DNA of 64,000 bases from Octopus sinensis (lineage: Eukaryota): assembly GCF_006345805.1 (NCBI RefSeq), contig NC_043005.1, positions 46,190,001-46,254,000 of the forward strand, given 5' to 3'. The stretch's first letter is position 1. Each line of letters begins with the position of its first letter. Below, in pieces: positions 53,581 through 64,000 of the stretch. A program made the position numbers and the translations under genes. A model generated the notes under the pieces. That model had not been told where the DNA came from. It searched no databases and saw nothing but the letters and a program-made list of their open reading frames with translations.

Positions 53581-54484
53581 GAGGATGATAAAATTTCCAT
53601 ATTATTGGATTAGCAATAGTTTCTGATATCGTCCCGAGGGAGCAAAGCTGTAGGAATTCAATCCAAGATCTTCGAGGTATTCTTCACAGCCTCTGAAATG
53701 AGAACTTCCAGCCTCTTTCATTCTGATTTATCTCATTACGACAATAGAAATTGCTAATTGCGTTAATATTCACGTTAATGGCGTTTCTAAATGACTTAAT
53801 TCATTTCTTCATTTACATGTTCTGCCCAACCTGAGACCCTTCCTTGTAATTAGCTTAACCCACCTCGCCACCCGCTTTCTCACACACACACACACACACA
53901 CATGCACACACACACGCACACACACACACACACATTTCCTTCTCTTATCTCTCTTAACTCCCTATTTCCTTTACTCTGTATATATTCACAATTACTGTTT
54001 TCTTAGTCTTGACTAAAACAATGACATCCCATTTTTCTTCAGCGACTGTCTTCTATGACAACAATCACCATTTCTATTACTATAACAATTAGCGAACTAT
54101 TACGTCTTATTAAAGATTCCGAATCACAGCTGGCAAAGAGAGCTTAATAGGTTGTCGGAAAGGATTGAGGGTTCGAGTCTACTCATCGGCATTGCATTTT
54201 ATCGTTTGATGAGTTACATATTCGTCGTTAAACTATAAAAGCTATAAATCCTCTCCTGTGTACAGATGACCATTCCAGCCAACGGGAAAGCCCTTACGTC
54301 AATAGTAGAGCCTATGTAAACTATGTAAAAGATGGGTTCAGTTGGTATATCTGTATGGGCCACGAACATCCATGGAGGGACTCATGACTATCTTCTGAGT
54401 CCTTCACTATATATTAAAAAAAAACTAAACATCAGAGCTATCTTGAATACTGAGTAGAATCTTCCTCTCGGGTCTGCATTGCAA

Positions 54485-54884
54485 TATTCTTTTCTACTCT
54501 AGGCACAGGGCCCGAAATTTTTGGGGAGGGGGCCAGTCGATTAGATCGACTCCAGTACGCAACTGGTACTTAATTTATCAACTCCGAAAGAATGAAAGGC
54601 AACGTCAACCTCGTCAGAATTTAAACTCAGAAAGTAAAGGCGGACGAAATACCTATTTCTTTACTACCTACAAGGGGCTAAACACCGAGAGAACAAGCAA
54701 GAACAGACAAACGGATTAAGTTGATTATATTGACCCCAGTGCGTAACTGGTACTTATTTAATCGACCCCGAAAGGATGAAAGGCGAAGTCGACGTCGGCG
54801 GAATTTGAACTCAGAACGTAACGCCAAATGAAATACGGCTATGCATTTCGCCCGGCGTGCTGACGTTTCTGCCAGCTCGCTGCC
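54485..54884 (-). mobile_element. SINE family-1 dimer (tail A unit followed by a head-less tail B unit)
   Basis: Junction GAAATACC|TATTTCTTT at ~54653. Confidence 0.9.
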
Positions 54885-55139
54885 CTCCATCTTATCAAAT
54901 TTCTCACTACACTCTGGTCAGTAGTTCTCATACGAAGGGCTGCGGGATTGACGATAAAGGAGGGTGAGAGAGGGAGAAGGGAGAGAGAGAGTGGGTACAT
55001 TTGTGTGTGTCTGAGGGAGAGAGAGAGAGAAAGAGAGAGCGAGCGAGCGAGAGAGAGAGAGAGAGTGGGTACATTTGTGTGTCTGAGGGTGAGAGAGAGA
55101 GAGAGAGAGAAAGAGAGAGCGAGCGAGAGAGAGAGAGTG

Positions 55140-55194
<55 letters not shown>

Positions 55195-55639
55195 GAAAGA
55201 GAATGAGCGAGTCTCTGTGTGTGAGAGAGAGCTGCAAGGAGTAAAGCTTTGAGGAGAGAGCAGAGAGGAAGTTAGAAAGAATTAATATTTTTGGGTATTA
55301 AACAGAGCGAGCTCTTGAGGGTTAAAGTATTAGAGATGAAAGTTTTGTACTATAATTCTTAGTGCGAGGATTTGTCAGTGGTGGGTGGTGGCACAGATAT
55401 AATGACAAGAGTAGAGTCAAGTATATCTAGATGTAAAACTTATCATCTAGCGTTGAGAATCATTCACGGTAGAGCAGACATACGATCTAAGGCCCAACCA
55501 GCATTTTCCACAAGTTCTCTGCATCAGGACTACGTTAATCATTGCGATCAAGGTTTAATTTGAAAGAAATTTGATTGTTATTTGTTGTATGTCGACTGAT
55601 CATGTTGTGCAGTAATGGCGAACTTTTTTTTGTTCAGGC

Positions 55640-56150
55640 AGTCGAAATTCAAATTTCTCAACCACATAGTTCCGGGTTCAGTCCCACTGCGTGGCACCTT
55701 ATGCAAGTGTCTTCTACTATAGCTTCGGGCCGACCAAAGACTTCTGAGTGGATTTGGTAGACAAACTGAAAGAAGCCCGTCGTCATATATATATATATAT
55801 ATATATAATATATATTAGAAGAAATGAGGTACTCAGAAATCTGGATGGTTTTATATTTACAGATATTTATTAATAGGTCATGTTTTTATAAATCATATAT
55901 TAGCGCTTGTGTCCACTCTAGTGGAGTCGTATGTATGTATATGTTTGTGTGTCTGTGTCTGTCCCTCCAACATCGCTTGACAACCGATGATGGTGTGTTT
56001 ACGTCCCCCGTCACTTAACGGTTCGGCAAGAGAGACCAATAGAATAAGTGCTAAGCTTACAAAGAATAAGTCCTGGGGTCGATTTGCTCGACTAAAGGCG
56101 GTGCTCCAGCATGGCCGCAGTCAAATGACTGGAACAAATAAAAGAAAAGA
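55640..56150 (+). mobile_element. SINE family 3 with internal microsatellite
   Basis: GGGTTCAGTCCCACTGCGTGGCACC ... GGCGGTGCTCCAGCATGGCCGCAGTC. Confidence 0.85.
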
Positions 56151-56580
56151 AAAAAGAAATATTGTTATTGATAAGCATGTTATGACCGAGTCGTTAGAGC
56201 GTAGGACAAAAATATTTTCGGTATTTGTTCCGGCTCTTTCTGGCCTGAGGTCAAATCCCACAGTGGGCAACTTTGTCTTTAATCCTTTCAGGAGTCGACA
56301 AAATAAAAACATCAACCCAGTGTAGTGGATTGGCGGAATTGTCACAGCATAGAACCGGATACCTTGCGGTATTTGGCTCTTTACTATGTATATTTGGTAT
56401 GACGATGAATTATTCTACGATGTTGTATCGGCTGGCGATCTATGTAGGTCTGTCTATCTGTCTGGGGCTGTATGTGTGTGTATGTATGTATGTAGTTGTC
56501 CCTTGGTCTGGATGTATGTATGTGTGTTATATATAATATATATTATATATATAGACATCTCCCTCTCTCTTATTCTCTCC

Positions 56581-56613
<33 letters not shown>

Positions 56614-56703
56614 CATATACATACATACATATACATACATACATATATATATATACATATATATATATATACATATACAATATATATATACATACATATT
56701 ATA

Positions 56704-56754
<51 letters not shown>

Positions 56755-57744
56755 CATATAAATCTATAAGGTATTGTTAGAATGATAGCAGGATACACAG
56801 AAATTCATAAAGATAAATATGAAAAATTCCAGTACACAACCACTCACATCTATGCACACGCATGCACACCCGAAAACACACACCAAGAACACACAACCAC
56901 ACACATCCACCCACACGCATACACACAAACACGCTCGCGCGTGCGCACATACGCGCACAAACGTACACAAGCGCAAATACGTTGGAACACACACACACTC
57001 ACGCACACACACACACACACGTATACGCGAAAATACGCACACGCAAACATACACACAGACTCTTACCTATTCAACCTCCCCCCAAAACAACTGACTTCAA
57101 CACACGCGCACACATATGCGCACATACGCACACATCAGAACAGACATACACAAATAAACACTCACACATCTACATACATACAAACATACATACATACATA
57201 CATACATACATACATACATACATACATACATACACACATACATACATACATATATACACGTAAGCATAAGACCAGTTCTCAGACAGGCGCAAAGCAGACC
57301 TCGAAGAGCGAGGGCATGTCATCGAAAACATCAGATCAGAAATAGCGACAAAAGGACTCTGACAGAGAAAACTAACAACCAATTCATTATTCAAACCAGC
57401 ATTTGAATTGTTACTTGATAAAAAATAAAGCAGTGATATTGGACCAGTGCGTGTCTATTTTAATTTTTATTGGCATAATGACCTCCCCTAAATACAACAA
57501 TAATAATGTTTGTTTTTATTAAAATTTTATTACTCATATACAAATATATGTACGTATGAATTATATAGTATGTATAAATCCACCATTAAAATTGTTATAA
57601 ATATGACTTTATTGCGCGTGCAATTTGCACCATTTCGATACAACATCCCGAAATAGTCCGTCATTATGTTTCAATTCCATAATCCTTGGTAGGGAACTTC
57701 CATTGATTTAATATTTTGGTAAAATATCTTTCCCTGTTCATTAC

Positions 57745-57925
57745 TTATTTCTTTATTGCCCACAAGGGGCTAAACATAGATGGGACAAACAAAGACAGAC
57801 AAACAGATTAAGTCGATTACATCGACCCCAAGTGTGTAACTGGTACTTAATTTATCGATCATCGAAAGAATGATAGGCAAAGTCAACCTCGGTAGAATTT
57901 GAACTCAGAACGTAACAGCAGATGG
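57745..57925 (-). mobile_element. SINE family 1, tail A, head truncated
   Basis: Family-1 body and tail. Confidence 0.85.
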
Positions 57926-57989
57926 CGTCACTAAGATTTCAAGGAAAAAATAGTGCAAATATAAAAAAAAAGACCTGCAATAACATATA

Positions 57990-58990
57990 GTTTTGAAAGA
58001 CTCAATCAGTTTCTTAACTCTGCTTTGAAGGAGGGCTGTAATTTTCTGAGCCGTTAGCGCAGATCCGTTTCAAAATGTGCCGAGCCGAGGGGCTATAAAT
58101 GCTTCATAAAAGAAATTCTCTTGAGAATTTTTTTTTTTTACCTGTGACATTAACAAATACTTTCATTAAACCGAGCTAAATGTGAAGATGTGTTAAAAAT
58201 AGTTTCTTCGTATTAATGGAGGAACTAGATGAATGTTATTTCTTCCAGGAATTTACGGCTGGCCATTCTTTTCTCTCATAATGCTTTGCAATAGTGCAAC
58301 TCCTCGTCAGACATAGAAAGCAAAAGAGCTTGATGATCCCCCCTTGTATTTCTATTAACTTAGTACTTACTTTAAGACTTCTATAAAGGTTCCGTTGGTG
58401 ACCCTTGCATTGAAATGCATTAAAAAGGGTCTCCCCGTTAACATAAGATTTCTTTCAAATGCTCTGAATATGTGATGGAGATAGATGGTTTTAAATTTTC
58501 ATTAGGCAATAAAGCAGCTTTCAAAATTCGTAGCTTTTAAAATTCTGCTTCTTCTATAAAAATTCACCATTCACTTAAAATACGTCTTTCAAATGAACAT
58601 GTAAAATGTCCATTAATGCCATGAAAATAACAGAGAGAACCATCCACTTTGAAATAAATTGCTAAATGAAAATTTCGATTTCTATAGCAAGTCTTTGTTA
58701 TACTTTCTATAAGAAAGTACTTTTGAATTAAACGAGAAGTGGGAAGTTCTTGGTTATCTTTGAAGAGTTAAAAATTACTTTACAAGTTTGCTTAAATTTT
58801 CTTGTGTGAAAAAAAAAATTTTTTTTGATTCGTATTCTGAACCTGAAGAAAGTCCAGAAGTAACAACAACAATATTTACATCCTCACTGTAGATAAGCCC
58901 ATCTTAAAAGGGAGAAGAATCATCTGTATTTAATCATGCGATACAGGTGTGGAATCCTGGTTGGAATAAATTTTTATTGTGTTTTACTTG
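57990..58990 (-). pseudogene. Heavily decayed DNA-transposase remnant, probably Chapaev/CMC type
   Basis: Minus-strand fragments FFTQENLSKLVK, VDGSLCYFHGINGHF, LSEW*IFIE, LKAALLPNENLKPSI, CFLC, KEWP recall the FTQEELNDLVRDL / EWRLFIDSS..LKAVLLHNGN / CFLC.WDSR motif order. Family name is from memory and untested. Confidence 0.5.
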
Positions 58991-59052
58991 AAGAAAACTT
59001 TTTAATATGAGCTATTTAAAAATAGTGTGTTTCTCGTGCTACCTCTAAATCG

Positions 59053-59378
59053 TTATTTATTTATTTATGCGCCCTTTTCAAGCCTAGCTAGGCTCATGGG
59101 CCCGGTTTCCCGGTTTCTGTGGCGTATGTGTCCCCCCCCCCCGCCCCAGCTGGACGAGACGCCAGTCCGTCGCGGCGTTACTCAAGAAACAGGAAAAAAG
59201 AGTGAGAGAAAGTTGGGGCGAAAGAGTACAACTGGGGTCGCCACCGCCCTCTGCTAGAGCCTCGTGGAGCTTTAGGTGTTTTCGCTCAATAAACACACAC
59301 AACACCCGGTCTGGGAATCGAAACCGCGATCCTCCGACCGCGAGGCCGTTGCCCTAACCACTGGGTCATTGCGCCTCC
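59053..59378 (-). mobile_element. SINE, body alpha with tail Y
   Basis: Head and body as 2701; tail as 32465. Confidence 0.85.
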
Positions 59379-59753
59379 ACCCGCTAAATCGTTAGCACTG
59401 CAAAAAGCACTGAATGCTTCTTTTTCTACATTCAGTCATATTTGAACATGCTGCACAACGTTGATGAAGTACCTATGGCTTGTCTCAGATACCCTGTTGA
59501 GAATCAAAATATAGTTTATTTATTGTTTATATATGTTGCAAAATATATATAATGCCCAAAACAGCCCGAGTGGATTTTACATTATCTAGGCAAGCAGGCA
59601 GTTTACTTAAGATATGTTAAATTCTTATAAGGAAACAAAATATAGTGGATGAATTATCGTAATTAATGATTTACAAGGTGTTAGAGCTAAATTTGGCAGT
59701 TTGCTTAAAAGGAAAAGAAGATACAATATCTCATCCAAAAATAAAGTATTTTA

Positions 59754-60293
59754 TTGGGTTGTCCGGAAAGTTCGTGCCGATTTATAGTAGCTTACCTTTC
59801 GACTTATTTTAGAACATGGTTGAGTCCATGAAATAGGATTTGACTACACCTTCATTTAGAGCACAGTTTAAGCTATCTTTTCGTGGAAGAAAGTTTATGT
59901 TCCTATAACCTGTGTTAATTCTGTAACCCTTTAAAATGGAAGATAAGAGAGTTCATTTTCGGCACTTGATGCTTTGGGAACCAGACAAAAATTGTTGCAG
60001 CTCGGCTGGGATGTGTTACCCCACCCTCCATATTCACCACATATTGCTCCTTCGGATTTCCACTTATTCATTGGTAAAAATTTCAATTCCTTGGATGACG
60101 TAAAAAGATACCTCGATGAATTCTTTGCCATGAAACCACCTCAATACTGGGAAGAGGGTATTTTCAAGTTAAAGGTTAGATGGAGACGCATTGTGCAACA
60201 AAATGGTTCATATTAGGCTGATTAAAAATGTAATGGCAAGTATTTATTGACCTTTTTCTTTCCTTTAAAAATCGGCACAAACTTTCCGGGCAA
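59754..60293 (+). mobile_element. mariner family A deletion derivative, copy 1
   Basis: TA|TTGGGTTGTCCGGAAAG TIR; MEDKRVHFRHLMLW fused to RQKLLQLGWDVLPHPPYSPHIAPSDFHLF; right TIR clipped. Confidence 0.88.
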
Positions 60294-60294
60294 G

Positions 60295-61449
60295 GCTAGG
60301 AGATAACAGTTTACTCAAAGAAGCCGCCCTTAATTTCCTCCGCAGCCTCGAGATGGATACGGTACCTGGTGCATGTATTCCTCACTGTGTTCCTGGGAAG
60401 TTCCTTGAGCACCTCGTTGTTCTTCGCCACCAGATCAGCCTTTGTGTTTCAGGAAGAGCAGTTGGTGGCTTTTTCAACTGCGGCGTCAATCATAGTAATC
60501 CATGGGATTACAATCGGGGGGAATTAGGGAGTTAGAAATACGAGGGGCGTTCAATAAGTCATGCCTCTGACCCACTTGCAGTTGTTTGATCTAGCTGAAA
60601 ATTTACATGTGCAATTACTTATATCTCTATAGATTAGGTGGCAAATTACAGCTCTGAACTAATTGTGGTTTCTGATATACAGGTGTTTGAACTGAGTCAA
60701 GTGTGAAATGGAGCCTGTTGAGTGTCGAGCAGTGATCCGGTTTTTGTATTTGAAAGGACGCACACCACGGGAGACTTTTGATGAAATGAAAGTAACTTAT
60801 GGTGATGATGCCCCATCATATGACCTTGTAAAACGCTGGCATCGTGAATTCAAACATGGTCGGAACTCTGTGGAAACAGCTCCCAGATCTCGTAGAGGCT
60901 GGTGAAGTTGTAGGAATTCTCCAACAACCATTTCTGATTCTTTCAGGAGGTATAACCAGGAGCTGACTCCTGCCGTCACATATATGACTTTCCAACGGCA
61001 ATCCTCTCCAGACAAACTTTCATCACAGTTAACTTCACATTAACGTATGAATTGAACCTAAGGCCCTCTTCTGCAGATATTGGACGAATTTCAGCATGCG
61101 GATGCAATCGGAACGCGTGCTGTTTCCCTTCCTGCTGCATGCAACTTTGTAGTCTCCGTTGCAGCTGCCCATGTCACGTCTTACAGCCTTTACAGTGTTC
61201 ACAGAATACTGAGCAGCAGCCATATTGTTGGTATTTTGACACCCAGCATGAATCATCATGCTACAGGTAACTCTTTTCTATTATTCAGTTAGCTTCCAGT
61301 CCTCCATGTCAGATAACTTTTCTCAACTACGACTTGAACCTTTATGATCTCCAACGCCGTTGACTGTTCACCAAAACATCAATCTATTCCTGAAAAATGG
61401 TGGGTAGGGGGAACATAAAAAGATTGTAAAATTTGGCCCAAACACCCTG
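60295..61449 (-). mobile_element. Tc1/mariner family C (maT/DD37D-like), interrupted and deleted
   Basis: TA|CAGGGTGTTTGGG end at 61449; N-terminal MEDWKLTE..DYKVACSRKGNSTRSDCIR; C-terminal NSPDCNPMDYY..NTKADLVAK..RYRIHLEAAEEIKGGFFE* at 60305-60530. Confidence 0.7.
60541..60889 (+). mobile_element. mariner family B, 5' fragment inserted in family C
   Basis: TA|CGAGGGGCGTTCAATAAG; MEPVECRAVIRFLYLKG. Confidence 0.88.
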
Positions 61450-61475
61450 TATTAATAATTTAGAGAGAAAATATA

Positions 61476-63314
61476 GTGGGTTGTCCGGAAAGTTCATGCC
61501 GATTTTTAAAGAAAAAAAAATGGTCAATAAATACTTGCCATTACATTTTTAATTAACCAAATATGAACCATTTTGTTGCACAATGCGTCTCCATCTTTCC
61601 TTTAACTTGAAAATACCCTCTTCCCAGAATTGAGGTGGTTTCATGGCAAATAATTCATCGAGGTATATTTTTACGTCATCCAAGGAATTGAAATTTTTAC
61701 CATTAAGACTGTTCTGCAGAGACCTGAATAAGTGGAAATCCGAAGGAGCAATATCTGGTGGATATGGAGGGTGGGGTAACACATCCCAGCCGAGCTGCAG
61801 CAATTTTTGTCTGGTTCCCAAAGCATCAAGTGCCGAAAATGAACTTTCTTATCTTCCATTTTAAAGGGTTACAGAATTAACACAGGTTATAGGAACATAA
61901 ACCTTCTTCCACGAAAAGATAGCTTAAACTGTGCTCTAAATGGAGGAGTAATCAAATGCTATTTTATGACTCAACCATGTTCTAAAATAATTCGAAAGGT
62001 ACGAGGGACGTTCAATAAGTAATGCCTCTGACCCATTTGCAGTTGTTTGATCTAGCTGAAATTTTGCATGTGCAATCATTTATATCTCTATAGAGTAAGT
62101 GACAGCTCTGAACTAATTGTGGTTTCTGATTTACAGGTGTTTGAACTGAGTCAAGTGTGAAATGGAGCCTGTTCAGTGTCGAGCAGTGATCCGGTTTTTG
62201 TATTTGAAAGGACGCACACCACGGGAGACTTTTGATGAAATGAAAGTAACTTATGGTGATGATGCCCCATCATATGACCTTGTAAAACGCTGGCATCGTG
62301 AATTCAAACATGGTCGGAGCACTGTGGAAACAGCTCCCAGATCCGGTCGCCCCCTTCTGCCATTGATGAGACATCTGTACGTCAAGTTGAGGCTGACATT
62401 TTGGAAGATCGACGCATAATTATTCGCCAAATAGCCCATGAGGTCAAGATTAGTACCGGGTCTGTGGAAACTATCATTCATGACCATTTGCATATGCAAA
62501 AGGTGTCTGCCAGATGGATTCCCAGGTTGCTCACGCCTTTCCAGAAGCAAGAACTCGTCGAGTGCTTGGAGATGTGCCAAGAAGATGAGTCAAAATTTTT
62601 CAAAAGACTGATTACACAGGATGAAACCTGGGTCCATCACGATGATCCAGAGACCAAAGCCCAGTCAATGCAGTGGAAGCACCGTGACTCACCCCCTCCA
62701 AAGAAGGCAAGGGTGCAGCCCTACGCTGGTAAGGTCATGCTCACAGTCTTCTGGGACCAGGACGGAGTAGTGATGACAGATTTCCTGGCAAAGGGTACCA
62801 CAATTACAGGAGCCTATTATGCTTCACTTTTGAGGAAATTAAGAGAAGTTATCAAAATCAAGAGGCGGGGCAAGATCAGCAAAGGCATCCTCCTCCTGCA
62901 GGACAACGCTCCGGTCCACAACTCGCTTGTCGCCAGATCAGAAGCACAGGCGTATGGCTATGAACTCCTCCCCCATCCCCCCTACTTTCCTGACCTTGCA
63001 CCCTCTGATTTTCACCTCTTCCCAGTCATGAAGTTGTTTTTGAAAGGAAAGCGTTTCCCAGATGATGCAGCCTTGATTTCTGAAGTCACGTTCAGGTTGG
63101 AGGACCAAGCAGAGGTCTTCTACAAAAACGGTCTCCAGAGCTGCATCAAACGATGGTAGAAATGCGTAACTCTGGGTGGTTCCTATGTAGAAAAAGATAA
63201 TAACTGTGCCAAGTTTCGTTGCTCTACTGCTATAGGAAGTGGGTCAGGGGCATTACTTATTGAACGCCCCTCGTAAGCTACTATAAATCAGCACGATCTT
63301 TCCGGACAACCCAA
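61476..63314 (-). mobile_element. mariner family A deletion derivative, copy 2, split by family B
   Basis: Both TIRs present (GTGGGTTGTCCGGAAAG / CTTTCCGGACAACCCAA|TA); same internal deletion as copy 1. Confidence 0.9.
62002..63273 (+). mobile_element. Full-length mariner family B (DD34D), transposase disrupted
   Basis: ~35-bp TIRs, TA TSD; WIPRLL, ITQDETW, LQDNAPVH, HPPYFPDLAPSDFHLF with D-34-D spacing; frameshift near 62355 and premature stop at 63159. Confidence 0.95.
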
Positions 63315-63544
63315 TAAAATATCTAAGTCGCATCTCAAATTATTACGCAAGCCCTGAATAAAAACAAAAAAGAGAGCCATATCTTAAAAAAATAAACGTA
63401 CAGGAAAAATCCAGTCCTGCTTTTGCTATTAGTTATGGAGAAATTGTATTAATAAAAAAGAAAGCACAATACAGATTACTGATTATTTAAATAATTAATG
63501 ATATAGCAACGTTCTTTTATCTTCATGATATCGCTTTCAAGTGT

Positions 63545-63740
63545 TGGCACCAGGCCAGCACTTTCAGGGGAAGGGTAGCTCGATGAAATCAACTCCAGTG
63601 TTCAAGTGGTATTTATTTTATCGACCCCCAAAAGGATAAAAGGAAAATTCGACGTCAGCGGAGTTTTGAACTCTGAACGAAAAGACGGACGAAATGCCGT
63701 TAAGTATTTTGTTCGGAATGCTAACGATTCGGACAGCATG
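63545..63740 (-). mobile_element. SINE family 1, tail C-like, diverged
   Basis: Family-1 body motifs. Confidence 0.75.
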
Positions 63741-64000
63741 CCGTCTTCAGTATTCATAACATCAATCACTAAGAATGAACTAAATAAATTTAATTTACAA
63801 TTTATATATCCAGTGTATAGAATTATGTATACAGACTTTCACACACACGCGCGTGCGCACACACGCACACTCTCTCTCACCTGGTCCCATAGCTATATTT
63901 TATAGTTTAAAAGTTTCACCAAAGAAACACTGCTTTCGATAAACCATAGACACCTGCTGTCTATAAATTTAAGAAAGTAGACGCTTTTTTGCTTATTCTG

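Noticed and set aside
54948-55252. Glu/Arg-rich ORFs
   Set aside because: Translation of the (GA)n microsatellite.
62401-63159. Intact or domesticated SETMAR-like transposase gene
   Set aside because: Lies inside a TIR/TA-bounded element, with a frameshift separating the N-terminal HTH, a premature stop and no SET domain.

Overview
Repeat-saturated, AT-rich animal genomic DNA (intergenic or intronic). It looks like an octopus/coleoid cephalopod genome, inferred from the tRNA-derived SINE families and the extreme microsatellite load. No host gene can be identified with confidence. The recognisable protein-coding sequence is decayed transposable element: a Tx1/L1-clade LINE ORF2 (43.3-47.2 kb) plus a 3' fragment (41.1-42.5 kb), an R4/Dong-like REL retrotransposon (4.9-7.0 kb), a nested cluster of three Tc1/mariner families (59.7-63.3 kb) and a Chapaev/CMC-like remnant. 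There are also hAT, Tc1 and pogo MITEs, a Helitron and several dozen SINE copies or fragments. Most notable observations: (1) one SINE family shares its last 42 nt with the Tx1 LINE 3' end (34/42 identical, ungapped); (2) that SINE builds head-less tandem arrays with two recurrent junctions inside its own tRNA head, consistent with self-targeted insertion; (3) a complete type I hammerhead ribozyme fold at 39608-39661 plus several minimal Penelope-type hammerhead remnants; (4) two different LINEs sit in tetranucleotide microsatellites. Nearly all ORFs in the supplied track are microsatellite translations or antisense shadows.
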